This document shows, one piece after another, positions 47,500-61,548 of a DNA stretch of 64,000 nucleotides. Below the pieces are notes generated by a model. It had not been told where the DNA came from, searched no databases, and saw only the letters and a list, made by a program, of their open reading frames with translations. Each line of letters opens with the position of its first letter. Positions within the stretch are counted from its first letter, which is position 1. Source of the stretch: Paraspadella gotoi (lineage: Eukaryota > Animalia > Chaetognatha); assembly GCA_051294375.1 (NCBI GenBank), contig CM119270.1, forward strand, positions 1,880,811 through 1,944,810, in the 5' to 3' direction. The position numbers and the translations under genes were made by a program.

Positions 47500-48492
47500 A
47501 GTTTCCTCTTGCCAGTTTATCTTCGTCGGGACATTTGTTTGCGCGGAGATGAAAGGTTTAAAGAGGAGAAAAAAAAATTGAATTTAAATTAAAAAAATGA
47601 AAATTAATTTCATTTCTATCTACATTTTAGTTATAACAAATGATGAAAAATTACGGGTTAATGGTTATGAAACTAGTGACCACCTTCGCCGTCACAACTT
47701 TCTATCACAACTTTCCCTCAAAAATCTCAAGAGATCCTCACAACTCACTCTTAAAACTTTCCCTCCCCTTAACTTACCCGCGACTGGATTGACCCCCATC
47801 CTCCTCAGAGCTCTCACAACTTCTTCGAGTCGCGCGTTTGGTCCTCCGTTCGATTCTCGCCAGTGAATCATCACGCTGTGAAGGCAGGTTGTGATATTGA
47901 TGATAATGATGATGATGATCATAATAAATAAAATAATTTTTATTATTATTAATAATAACAATATTAATGTTGAAGACAAAGATGATTAAGATGATTATGG
48001 TGATGCTGATAGTTGTAATGATTGTGATGTTAATGATAACACTTACCCGTGACATCTGTCAGTCGAATCCGGTATCGATGATAATTTCAAGATAGTTTGT
48101 TTCGTGAGCTGAAATAAAAAAGAAATAATTATTTTTGTTAACGGAAGTAGTAGCCGAGTAGATTAGGTTTACTTTTAATCCTACTTTCAATGCAACTATT
48201 TATGCGGCAGTATTTTTCAAAAGCGCCCCGATGCAGTTCATGTCTGAAGCTGATTTGATTACCCAGAAATACACGCAATGAGGAAGTTAATTCTTTCTTT
48301 TTATGATTCCTCAACTCACATTTAAATGCCTGGCGAGTTCCTTCCATCTTTGCTGCAAAGTGTAGCTTTTACTGACGCATTGAGTCGCGCGATCAAGTTT
48401 TTCCTGTTGAAAAATAATGTTGCAAAGATTTTACAATCTCATTTGACCATCTCTATTCTCTCTCCCTCTCTCTCCCCCTGACTTTCTCTCTC

Positions 48493-48586
<94 letters not shown>

Positions 48587-49773
48587 CTCTCTCTCTTCTC
48601 TTCTCTGTCTGTTCTCCCCTCTCTCTCCCCTGACTTTCTCTCTTTCTTTTCTTCTCTCCTTTCTCCATCTCTCTCTCTCTCTTCTCCTCTCTCTTTCTCT
48701 CTCTCTCTCTCACCTGTCTCGCCATATTGGCCTTCTCTTGTTTTATCTCTTTCTCTTTCTTCTTGATATAGTCCACAATGTGCCATTGCTCTAAATCGGA
48801 CAGATGTCGAGAAAGAAGTTGAATCTAAGAAAAAAAAAAATTTCGTCTTCATTCATATTTTTATTCATATCGTTTGTGGAAAACCCATAGGCTGTTTTTC
48901 TTTCTGGGTTTCTATATTGATGTAATTTTTTTGAATTTTTTAAGAATCAGTTCATTTTTAAGGTCTTTTATATAGTACTTGAAATATTATTTAGCTTCCT
49001 CCTTTTCTGGATTTATTTAAGTAGCACATTATTCGTAGCAATTATAACTTCTCTTCAAACGAAGCATTTTCCTCAATAATTGTTTTCACTTCTTCTTACT
49101 TTGATAATTTCAAGGAGCCCTGCCTTTAATTTCCAGCCGCCCCATACCCTGTTCTGACTTTTAATAATTTCAAGGAGCCCTGCCCTTAATTCCCAGCCAC
49201 CCCATACCCTGTTCTGACTTTTGCTCGTTCTCTTCAACCATGTTGAGAACGACGAGTTGAATTGCTTCTTGATCGTCTCCTCCGCTCGCTATCCACTGCA
49301 ACGACATAAACAACATTAATAAAATTAATCAAGAAATTCATTGTATTTCATACTGTCGAAGTTGAATTGAAAATATTTGTTTATAAAAGCAAGATTACCA
49401 GGTGGGCACTGAACAGCATTTTTTTTTTTATACCAAGTAAATTTGATTATCCAGTGGGGAAAGTAAAAAGGAGATGATTACCAAATGTTTACATACTAAA
49501 TCAATGTTTAATCAGCACCATTCAATCTTATAATTTCTTTTCTTTGCTAAATATTCCCTTCATTTTCAAACGATTCGCTAAATGCTTTTGATTGATAAAA
49601 TCTTTGCAAACAATACGACAACTCTCCAATTTTTTTTTTAAGCTCCCACCGACAGACAGAGCGAGAACAACATTGTGTTCGCTTTCAAAAATTCGAGTTT
49701 TCAATGACGGCGATAAATGATCGTTTTGTCCTTGGACGTAGGAAAAAATAACAAAAAGCGGATATCATGAATC

Positions 49774-49860
<87 letters not shown>

Positions 49861-52800
49861 AGAGAAAGTTTTTCTTCATTAAAAAAGATACGGATAAAAA
49901 ATGTTGTTTTTTTTCACCTGAGCATAAATTTCTGAAATCTTCCTTCGCTCAGACCCAAAGTCCTGGCGAGAATATCCCAGTAGGTTTTGAAGTTTTTCTG
50001 CGATGATGAAAGTTTTTCTTAGTAAAACTGAGAAGACTAATTTATTAAATTTATTTTTTCGGGAGAAAAATAATTTAAATATTTCTGCTTTCATCAGTGA
50101 ACAATAGATTGAATCAATCAATCCATCAATCGATCAATCATTAAACTGTAAATAAAGTTAAATTTATAAAATTCTTTTCGCATTTCCTCACTATGAATAT
50201 AACTATAAACTTTGTCATCATTTAAATTAAAAAACCTAGACAAAATGACCTCTCTTAAAAAATTACCAAACAAATAGCTATATCAAAATGACGTTGTTTT
50301 TAGCCACATTTGTAAATGGACACATAAATAAGACACTTACTTTTATAAAGGGAACAATGTCATCCATAAACAACTGATCGACTGAGGTTAACTTCATCGG
50401 AGCTCTGTCCACGTTTGAGTTGTAAACAGGTTCCGGCTTGGAAGAGTAATAATCTTTTTTAAATATATAAGTATTCCCACTATATAATATTAGAAAATTA
50501 CAATTTAAAATTTAGTTTATAATCATTGGAATTTGATAACGCTGGACTTAAAATCAATTTGAACAATTTATTAAACAATTAGGTTCCTTCTACTATTTAA
50601 ACCCACACATTTATTTTTGTATCTTTACATTATCAATTCATTTTCTTTTCAATTTTAGATCTTTTATCTTTTATCATTACTTATTTTATTTTTAGTATTT
50701 CTCCCGTTCCAACTTCTCATCTCATCTCCCATCCCATAATTATCCCCCCCCAAACCTTTGGTAAACTGATGAGAAGTTCGGCGAAGCAGACGAATTCCAT
50801 GACGTCATCTAAGCTCTGATTGGACGAGGCGGAACCGAGGCTCTGATTGGACGAAGCTCGACTCGGAGATTTCCCGCCGGATTTCTTGCGAATTCCGCCG
50901 CCGACTTCCATCCACGCGTCGCCTGGAAAGAAGGAAAGATAGTTATCATCGGGAACCAATGTCTTTCTATCAGTCTGTCTGTATATCTGTCCGTTTGTGT
51001 GCCGCTCGAGGAAGAGGGGGTAGTATTTAATGTCTGCACTCTTTTTCTTTGTCCGTTTGTTTCTCCGTCTGTCTGTTGGTATGCCTGTCACTCTGGTTGT
51101 CTGTCTGTATCCTGGCCTATCCGTCTTTCTGTCAGTTGGTATGTCTGTCACTCGTTGTCTGTCCGTTTCTTTGTCTATCCGTCCGTGTCTGTTGGTATGC
51201 CTGTCACTCTAGTTGTCTGTACGTCCGTCTGTTAGTTTGTTTCTTTTTTTTTCTGTCCGACGGTCTATCTGCTTTTAATTTATATTGTCTACATATATCT
51301 CTGTGTCTGTCTCTCTGACTTTCCTTGTCTTTCGGTGGGTCCGTCCGTCTGCCCGTCAGTCCGTCCGTCAGTCTGTCCGTTCATCCGTTCACGTCTCACC
51401 CTGATTGAGATCCTCCGCCGAAGAGATTTTCTTCTTGGGTCTGTTCATCCAAAATTGAACGAATCCCTGATATCGCGATTTGTAATTGTCTGCGCAGGAG
51501 GCAAACAAAAGAAAAGGATCTAGATCAATGTCATGTTCAGGGGGGGAAGTCATGTTCGAAATGGGAAATAAATGTATAAAATTATAATTTGTTCATTTCA
51601 TATTAATAATTCGGTATGAATGATCTTACCCTGGAATAAATGAACATATTCTGATTTAAATTAAATTAACCATTAAAAAAGAAAAGTTACTCGAGAAACC
51701 ATTAACTTACCCAAGAATATATGTAAACTTTTTCTGCTATAAAGAAATATACTAAGAAATAAAACGAACTTTGTCCGGTATATACAAACTTATCCGGAAA
51801 CAAATAAACTGATTCTGGTATGAATTAACTTAGCCGGGAATATTTTAACTCACCCTGAAATTTTTCTACTTCTGCGATTTTGAAAAAACTTCTCGATCTC
51901 AAATTTGCGTGAAAAGGAATCACCAGCGACTCGATAGGCGGCGCTTGTTTGATGTTGTTGCGAAATTTGATCTGCGGAAGAAAAAAAACAAACAAAAGAT
52001 AATCGATTCCATTTCTTTATATAAAAGTCCTAATTAAAAAAAATTGTTTTGTATTAGACTAACCTCTCTAACCTCTATCTTTTTTCCCTGTAATTTTTAT
52101 ATCCTTTGTCCCCTTAATCTCTCTATCCATTGTCTTCGTAATTTCTGTCCTTTGTCCCCCTTAACCTCTATCCTTTGTACCTGTAATTTTTATATCCCTT
52201 GTCCCCTTACTCTCTCCATCAATACTTTATCCTTCTCTCCCCTATCCTTTGTCCCCCTATCCTCTCTGTCCCTCTATCCTCTCTGTCCTTTGTCCCCCTA
52301 TTTTCTCTATCCCTTGTCCCCCACTAACCTCTATCCTTTGTCCTTCCTTGATGATTGGCAAGTCGTTGGTCAGCACCGCCGTCTTTGCGAATCCCTGTTT
52401 TGTGAGTCTTTCTTCAATTTTCTCCGATTCGGATTTAGTCGCCTGATGATATATAAAAGTTGTGACATGTCATCAAATGTCATGGCTATTTTGTCGTAAA
52501 ATTGCGTCGTGTCATCCTATGTCAAGTATATTCGTCATGAAATAAGTGTCATCGCTTTGAACGACGTGTGTTTTGTCACAAAGTCGTGGTTGAGTGATGT
52601 AATGCATACGTCTAATTGTCATAAAAAAATTCTGTGTAACTAACAGATCATATGATATGATGATATGATTTGATGATATGATTTGATGATATGATTGTAA
52701 GAAAGTCCTGGAGTCAGTAAAAGTTAAATACATGAATAAACAATCAAATTGAGAAACCAAAACAACAACAACAACAATAACCACAACGACAACAACAACA

Positions 52801-54489
52801 ACAACAACCACAACGACAACAACGACAATCACATAGACAATCAAGGATTAGGTTAGTGATTAAAGTCAAGAACTTGGTTAGGGATTTGGTTAAAGGACTA
52901 GTGTTTAGGGTTAGTGGTTTGGGTTAGAAATTAAAGATAGAGATTAGGTTTAAAGATTGGTCTATAAATTTAAAAATATATTTAAGTTAAATATTAAAGT
53001 TAAATATAAAAGTTAAGTTTAACTTCTGAGATGAATTAACAAAAACGGGGCACTCTCGGAAAAGAGAGCTCACCAATTCTGCCAGAACCCTCGTGGGATC
53101 GTCCATCNNNNNNNNNNNNNNNNNNNNNNNNNAGTCCATCCTTTGAAAGAGAAATACGCCGACTCTTCTCATCGTTCAACGCAAGTTCCATCCGCGGGCG
53201 GAGTTCCTCCGGTTTGTCCGGATTTTCGCGTCGGGTTTAAATGTCGCATCAACGTGATAACTTTTTGGCGGAAAAAGAAGAGGATAAGTCAGGAAGTTAT
53301 TTTTTCCTCTTTTTTTTACTTTCCTCTCCCCCCCTTTCTTCCTGCCATTTCATGCCAGTTTTTTCCGGTCAGTAAATTAATTTTTTTTTTCTTTCTTTTC
53401 TCTCCTTTCCTCCCAATCTCTTTTCCTCCTCTTTCCTCCAACACTTTTCCTCCCTTTCTCCCAACACTTTTCCTCCCTTTTCTCCAACACTTTTCCTCCC
53501 TTTCCTCCCAACCTTTCTCCTTTCCGTCCCAACTCTTTTCCTCCCTTTCCCCCAACACTTTTACCTCCCTTTCCTCCCAACACTTTTCCTCCCTTCCTCC
53601 CCTCAACTTTCCTCCCTTTCCTCCCTCACTTTTCCTCCTTATCCTCCAACACTTTTACTCCCTTTCCTCCTAACTCTTTTCCTCCCTTTACCGTCCCCTC
53701 ACTTTTCCTCCTGTTCCTCCCAACCTTTTCCTCCCTTTCTTCCACTCTTTCCTCCGCTTTCCTCCCCTCAACTTTTCCTTCCTTTCCTCCCCACATTTTC
53801 CCCCTTTCCTCCTACTCTTTTCCTCCGTTTCCATCCCCTACTTTTCCTCCAACATCTTTTCCTCCCTTCCTCCCAAATTCTTTCCTCTCCTTTCCTCCCC
53901 TCACTTTTCTCCCTTTCCTCCCAACACTTTCTCTCGCCTTTCCTTCCCCACACTTTTCCTGACCCTTTTCCTCCCTCACTTTTCCTCACTTCTCCTCATT
54001 TCCTCCCTCCCTACTTTCCTCCCTTTCCTCCCCTCACTTTTCCTTCCTCCTCCTTTCCTCCCTTCCTCCCCTACTTTTCCCCTTTCCTCCCCTCACTTTT
54101 CCTTCCCTTTCCTTCCCTCATTTTCCTCCCTTTCCTCCCCCACTTCGCTCTCTTTTCTCACACTTCCCTTTTCTCCCCTCACTTTTCGTTGAAGTCTCTT
54201 CCGGTCGATAATTCACTTTCACAAATCACTTCTTTTACTCGGAAGGAAATTTCCGCGGCTGGTCACGAACTTCCAAGAGTCTCGAGGATAGAATTTACAT
54301 TCGAGTTACGAATGGTATTTTAATTTTTAATTAATTTTACTTGAATTACGTTTATCTCTCTCCTCTTCTTTCCACTCTCTCTCATCTCTCTCTCTCTCTC
54401 TATCCTCTTCTCTCTCTCTCTCTCTCTGTCCTCATAAAACTCACCTTCGGTCACGTCTTTCTGGGAAGAACCGAATTTATCAGGTAAAT
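47495..54489 (-). CDS. DTHD1: DTHD1/PIDD-like gene, - copy: end of ZU5, UPA domain and two death domains
   Basis: Largely phase-consistent exons, with a few single-base indels: 54489-54445 (DLPDKF), ~54280-54184, 53260-53074 (..VGVFLFQRMDDPTRVLAEL), 52442-52329 (ATKSESEKIEERLTKQGFAKTAVLTNDLPIIKEGQRIE), 51971-51854, 51489-51400 (NYKSRYQGFVQFW), 50922-50756 (VCFAELLISLPK), ~50436-50341, 49997-49918, 49295-49208, 48824-48714 (IQLLSRHLSDLEQWHIVDYIKK), 48403-48320 (QQRWKELARHLN), 48108-48047, 47875-47778 (VMIHWRESNGGPNARLEEVVRALRRMGVNPVA). The last exon is uncertain (stop near 47495 or ~47675). AATAAA lies on the minus strand near 47360. Confidence 0.75.
53400..54185 (-). repeat. ~24-bp purine minisatellite derived from a splice donor (GTGAGGGGAGGAAAGGGAGGAAAA); shorter array at 25899-26215
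   Basis: Begins exactly at the exon/intron junction in both gene copies. Array length differs between the copies. Confidence 0.8.
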
Positions 54490-54610
54490 CTAAAAAGAAA
54501 ATTATAAAAAAATCTAAAAGCAAGGATCAAGCCATGATGATAGTCATATCATTGATGCGAGATAGTCATTCATGTCATCGTAAATAAAACGAAAAATGCG
54601 TGTATGAGTG

Positions 54611-54650
<40 letters not shown>

Positions 54651-56357
54651 CTGGACAGTTTTCTCCGCCAACGAAACGCAATCAGAAATTTTTAGGGAAA
54701 AATCTAAAAGCAATAGGGATCGAGCCAGCTTTCGATGGTAACAACATATTAATGCGATGATAACTTAAATATTGATGCGATGATACCAATAATGATGCGA
54801 AGATAATAATAACTGAATGTGATGAATAATCAATGATTGATGCGATGATAGTCATTCTTGAATGTGATGATAATCATCATTGATATGATGAAATCATTCA
54901 TTGAATGCGATGATAGTATTCATTGACAGCGATGAGTCAGTCTTCCATCGTATAATAAAACAAACAAATGCGTGTATGAATGAAAGAGAGAGAGATGGAG
55001 AGAGAGAGAGAGAGAGGAGAGTAGAGAAAGAGTGAGAAGAGGCTGGTCAGTTTCACTCCTCGTTTAATATAAAGAATATCAAAATTTTTAAGAAAAAATT
55101 CACGAAATTCTTTGGATGTAAATTTGGGATTTTTTATTGAGAAAAAACGCGCGGAATAAATGCGGATAAATAGAAAGAAAAAAGAGAGAGAGAGAGAGAG
55201 AGAGAGGAAAGAGGAGAGAGAGAGAGAGAGAGAGAAGAGAAAGATAGAGAGAAGCTTGGACCGCCCTGCAGAGCTGAACCTCGTTTTTTCGACGTATCTG
55301 AAGTAGGGACGTACTTCTTTCCTTTCTAATATTTTTTAACTTATTAAAAAAAATTTTAATATTCCTCATCTTAAAGAAAGTTTTAATCTTGAAAATGAAT
55401 TTTAAGATTGTTTCTTTTTTTTAAGAAGAAAACCAGACGAGTCAAATTTCATATTTTGCATATTTAACTAATTTATAAATATTTATCCCGCAACTCAAAT
55501 AATTATTATTTTAAAAAAACGAATAAAAATGATTAAATATATATTCCTAAAAAAAAAATTTACAATTTTTTAAAATTTAAAAATTGTTAAAGAATAAAAA
55601 AAAAAGGTAATGTTTAATTTTGACAATATCTCTCTTCTCAACTCCTATCTTAGATATAATTTGCCATAGTGCCGATCCGGTTCAAGTTTTACAGTATATA
55701 AACAAAAAACAAAAAATTTTTTTTGTTAGAAAGTATATATGTAATTAAAATAATCCGCGCAATTGCCGGCATATAGCACTAATATGTACAGCAGCAAAGC
55801 TGATGTACATGTGACATTGCCTGCATTTTTTTGCTAAAATGATCCATGAAAATCTCGGATGTAAATTTGGTATTTTGTAATAGAGTAAAAAAAATAAGAT
55901 GGCGTAATAATTTTTAGAAGGAAAAAAATAATATAGGAATTTTTCAAAAAACGTAACGATCGTACATGAGAGAGAGACCCCCCCATAAAAGAAGTAGAAG
56001 AGAAAAAGAGAGAGGAGAGAGAGAGAGGGGCTGAACAGAGCCCGAACTCGTTTTACCCTTCTCGTTTACTCGGTCGCCCTGTGATGACTATTTTTTTTTG
56101 TAAAAAAAAAAAAAAAGAGAGAGAGAGAGAGTAGAGAGAGCCGGAACTAGTTTATGACGGAGGTGAAAAAAGGTGACTAAAATTATTTTTGTACAAAAAA
56201 AGGATATAAAGAGAGAAGAAGAGAGAGCAGATGAGAGAAGATAGAGAGAAGTAGAGGAGAGAGAGGGAGAGAGAGCCGGAAACTGTTTACTCGTTTAAAC
56301 AAGTTTTAAATTTTTTTTGTAAAAAAAAAAAAAAAGAGAGAGAGAGAGGAGAGAGAG

Positions 56358-56398
<41 letters not shown>

Positions 56399-56785
56399 TT
56401 CGCCGCCCAACGATAGCATATTAGGTCACTCCTTGTTTATAATCGGGTGATCCTCGTCAAGTTGATTTTTTTATACACGTAACGTTTTCCGTGCCATCCC
56501 GAAAAACGCGTTTATTAGGTCATGTTCCTCGACATTGTTTAACGTCGTTGCCGCCCCGCAACGGCCACTGAATCCAGTCGAAAAAGTAAGTTATTCGCTT
56601 CATATTTTCTCATCCGACGAATCTCAGATGTAAATTTGGGATTTTGTATTGGAGAAAGAAGCGCGGAATATAAGTGGCGAATAATAAAGTTTTTAGAAGG
56701 ATAGAGAAATAATAAGAATTTTTTCAAAAAAAACGGTGGTAAAAAAACAAAGTGAATAATTTTTTTTTTTTTTTGTAAAAAAAAA

Positions 56786-56819
<34 letters not shown>

Positions 56820-58597
56820 CGGAGGAGACGGAGGGAAGAGAGAGAGAGGAGAGCCATGAACTCGTTTTTTTTTAAACGATTCAGAAAAGCCCGCGCCTGA
56901 TCAAATATATAAGTTTTTTAAGAAGAAAAAAATAATCAGAGAAATTTTTCAAAACGAACGATCACGCACATCGCACTACGCACACAAGAGAGACAGAGAG
57001 AAACTGAAAACTCGTTTTTTAAAACGATCAGAAAAAGGCACGCTAAAAAATATATATAATTAAATAAATAAGTAAGGCAAAAAATGTTTTACAAGTTACA
57101 ATTGGAAAACTTTCCAATTTTTTTCCAATCGCAGCTTTGTAAAAGATTTTATTTTATTTGTATTAAGATTAAGATATAGCTTCCTCATTAAAAAATCCTT
57201 TGAGTCCATTTTTATTAGAAATTTAAAAAAAATTTTTTGAATTTTCATCTTCAATATTATATAGATGCAAATATGTAAATATAGCTTAAAGCATTTTCTA
57301 TATACTAATTTGGAGTATTAATAATCAGTACATAATCTCATTTGCAATATGCAGTAAATCAATAATGAAGTGGAAATTCAAAACAAAAATACTTAAATCA
57401 ATGTATGAAATAGTAAAAGCTATTTTAAATTGAGAAGCCCATATCTAAATTTTTAACTTACCTATGGATTGGGCACACTTTGGTAAAACCCTCTATCATA
57501 ATTTATAATAATTATTTAACCATGAGCCCGGCGAAGCCGTTCAGGCTTGATATTGATTCGGGTGAGATTCTTTGTGAAGTAGTCGTTCGCGTCGTCGTCA
57601 GTCGCTCACGCTGATTTTTTAAAATAAAAACTACCCTAACGGCTTTTATAGTCTTGGCTGTCACTGATTACCGTTTTTTTTAATAAAAATTATTATGAAT
57701 TATTCTACAAGGTTTTACAAAAAGTGTGGCGATCATAAGGTAAGGTTAAAAAATTAAGATATGGCTTCTCAAACTGAAATAGCTTTGATATTTTCTTATT
57801 AACATTTGGGGATTTAAGTATTTTTTTGTTTGAATTTTCCCACTCATTATGATTTATACTGCAAATATGCCAATATGAGAATTATAAGTAACTGATTAAT
57901 ATCCAAATTAGTATATAAAATGCTTTAACAAATTTTACATTATTGCAGTATATAAGAATTGAAGATAATTAAAAAAAAAATTTTTAAAATTTCTAAAAAA
58001 TGGAACTCAAAGGATTTTTTTAATGAGAAGCTATATCCTTCATTTTAATTTACAAGATAAAATAAATCTTTTAGCAGCTGCGATTGAGAAAAAATTTGGA
58101 AGTTTCCAATTGTAAACCATTGTAACATTTTGCCTTTCTTTTATTTATTTTTAATTATATATATAATTTTTTAAGGCGCTGCCTTTTTCTGAATCGTTTA
58201 AAACGAGTTCAGTTTCTCTCTGTCTCTCTTTGTGTGCGATCTCTTGCGTGATCGGTCGTAGTCGTTTTTTTGAAAAAGATTCTGATTATTTTTTTCTTAT
58301 CTAAAAAAACATTATATATTTGATCAGGGCGCGGCCCTTTTCTGAATCGTTAAAAACAACGAGTTCAGCTCCTCTCTCTGCTCCTCCCTCCGTCTCCCTC
58401 CGTCTCTCTCTCTCTCTCTCTTTTTTTTCTAACCAAAAAAAAATTATTATTTTTTTTCATTCTAAAAACTTTTATTATCGCCAAAAAATTTTCTCTATAA
58501 AAATACCAAATTTAACATCCCGAGATTTTTCATGGGATTCATATTTTAGAAAAAGGCAGCAATGTCACATGTACATCAGCGTTTGCTGCTGTATCAT

Positions 58598-61548
58598 TAG
58601 CGTGGAGCATAAAAACAAGATATGATATGAACTCTTGTGTCCCTTAATTTTTTTTTGTTATTTGATATAATCCGATGGCCCCCAAAGATAAAAAAATGAA
58701 AGTTCGCTCCTTTCAATTTTCCACCGTTCTAATGGATTTTTATAAAGCAATTTGATGCAGAAAAATTGTAAAAAAAATCGCCCAATTTTGATATCAAAGA
58801 AGCTGGTTTTAAGTTCACTTTTTTTTTTAAGTGAAATATAGCTATAAACAAAAATTTAACCCATTTCATTCATAAATTTTAAAAAAATGTTTATATAAAT
58901 ATTGAGCAATTCTAAAAGATAAGTATTTTATAAAAAATTGTTAAAAAATTAAGCAAAAATAAAAAATAAGTAACAAGCCACATTTACGCAGTAAAATATC
59001 CTTTTAAGAGCTTATAAAAAAGCTTTTAGGGTAGCTACATTAAAACTTTATATCAGCTTAAATAAGCTTTAACTATATTAATTGACTACCATATGGTCTT
59101 ACCCATTAACCACTCTCCCTCCCTTCCGAAGATCGCTCCTTGCCGATCTGTCTTCCTTTTTTTTTATAAAATGTAAAAAATTAATCATGAAAGAGTTGGT
59201 AAGGATCGTTTTAAATAGAACTACTCTGTTAAATATTAGTACATATTCAAAATTACAATTAAATAGAAATAATAATAATAAATATAATAAACTATTACAA
59301 TTTGTTCAGGAAAGAATTAATTTTAGATCAGAAGATGTTTTATCAACTATTTTCATAACTTCTTATCAATTTTGTTTAACCATTTTGTTGGCTCAATTTT
59401 AGTCTGTTATAACAAGGGAGGTTTAATTTCTTATAATAAATAATGACGCTCGTGGCGGCGTTGGTGGGCATGGCCATAAGGGGAAAAAGGCTCGACGCCA
59501 GATGCCGTGGATCTCGATATCGGCGTCTGACTTGCCCCATTTCTCGAGAGAAAGAGCGCAACTACCCTATACGCTTTGTAGGAAGCTTTTATCTCTCTGA
59601 TCTCCTCTCTCTCTCTTCTCTCTCTCTCAACTCAACTCACTTCACTCTCAGTGTTCTCTCTCTCATCTCTCTGAAGAGAACTTCTGTTTGCGACGCCTTG
59701 CGTCCTGGCGTTTGCAGAGTCGCCGTATTCCAAAAAATGGTTTTGAAAAAAGTTCTCGCTGACTTTATCTCCGCTGAGTGTAGAAACAAGAAATTCCCAA
59801 AGTCTAAACGTTTATTCTCGGTGACAGAAACGTAAGCAATACGTGACAATAACGTGACAAAATAAGTCGCGAAAAAACCCTAAAAAACGGTTTTCGGACG
59901 AGCAACGATCTTTCCAGCGTGGTTCTAAAACGACTGAAAAAGCCGGTATAAAATTAATAAACGATAAAACGTTCAAAAATGACCAACGTATAAACGGGCC
60001 GAGAGAGAGAAAAAATGACCCTAAAAAACTTGCTCAAGATTTTGTGTAATTCAACTAACAAAAATATAAACTGATGAAAGAACGAAATGCGTTGAAACAT
60101 GTAATGCAATTAATAATAAATTTTATTGTGAAAATTCAATTTTGGTTTATCTATACTCCTTTACCAAACAAAATGAAAGAAAAAACAACAAGATTATTAA
60201 GAACAAAAAAGAGAACGTGAACTCGGGAATATCCCCGATTAATTTTTTATTGTAAAGCAGTCAAGTCAGAGGTGTTAACGGTTTTAAAGAACCATTTGTT
60301 TTAATATTCTTTGAACGCTTTTTAATTCGTCACAATACGTTTTTATATAATAAAGCCAAGTTTTGAAACTTCGATCGTTGCGCATTTTTTAAAAGTCAGT
60401 AAGAAAAGTGGGGGCAAACTCAAAACAATTAAATGCTTATCTTTATTCTGTCACATTCAATTGTGCTTCGCGTAAAAAAAGCGTTCGACGACAATACCCA
60501 GTTATTGCCACGTTGTCAGTGTCCAATGGCTATCGGTTGTGTTAAATGGCAATGACTGGCAAAGTTGTATTGATAATCGATATCGGAGGAGACCTTACCG
60601 GTCACAACTTCTTTTCGCTTGTACGATTTTTCTTTTAGCATTGGCAAAGAAACTACTTTTGTAAATCACATCGCCGCCCACAAATTTAGTTTTTCCACGG
60701 TTTTTGTAATTTCAACATATTTACCACATTATTCAATAGATTATCCTCACGAAAATACAATAAATTCCTATATTTGTATTCCTGCATCTTCAAGATTATC
60801 AAAGAAAAGCTTTCTCGGATTCTAAAACAGTTAGCCCCATGTTTAAACATTCTTTCGGACGGCTGACGCCTGGAACGCTCGCCCTAACGGGCATTTAGAA
60901 AATCTTAAAAACAATTTTCTGCAACCACCAAAAACCATTTGTGTAGCCCCAACTTTGCGTGTCTTTGATGGGTTCAAAAATCCCACAGATCCATAAATTT
61001 ATTAGTTCTTTAATCGCTTTATTTTTATTAAGCTTTATTTTTTGTGGTTCAAAATAAAATGAAAACTTTATATATTAATAGATAAAGTAATCTTTTACAA
61101 ATGAAAACAGTTATTGTTATGCTCGCTTATTTCATATATATTTGAATTAAAAACTATCTGATTAACCAATCTTTCCTATTATTTTGAATTTTTTTTGTAA
61201 TTTTCCGTAAAAAAATAAAAATTTTTTACTAAATATTTAAAAAACATTATTTAATCAAGTTTTTTTATAATTTAATAAGTAGTTGAAAGGAGTTTTAAAT
61301 ACTTGGATTAGCTATATTTTATAAAAATTAATTAATTCTAAACACACTTTTATTTTATTTTTAAATTTGCTATTTTTTCCCAATTTTTTGCATCTTATCG
61401 CATTAATAAATAATCGATAGAACGGAAAATTGGCCCAAGCCGAAATTTTTAATTTTTTATCTAGGATTTAGTTTTAACATGTGTTTGCAAAAAAATTAGA
61501 GGCACAAGATGTCCTTTATTATTTCTTTGTATTTATACTCGCGCTACC
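58598..61548. mobile_element. Non-autonomous long-TIR (MULE/foldback-like) element nested in the inner HINE copy
   Basis: Absent from the outer copy (junction ~55785). The ends are inverted over at least ~190 bp (TAGCGTGGAGCATAAAAACAAG..CTTGTGTCCCTTAATTTTTT versus the reverse complement of 61370-61545). Similar ~10-bp flanks GTATCATTAG / GTAACAATATAG may be a TSD. Confidence 0.55.
60330..60940 (+). pseudogene. Decayed 3' fragment of a non-LTR (CR1/L2-like) reverse transcriptase ORF
   Basis: Frameshifted motifs occur in the expected order: HFLKVSKKSGGKLKTIKCLSLF, ..GCVKW, SHRR..KFSFSTVF, FFRTADAWNARP (cf. the FFxRxxxxWNxLP tail of these RTs). Confidence 0.4.
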
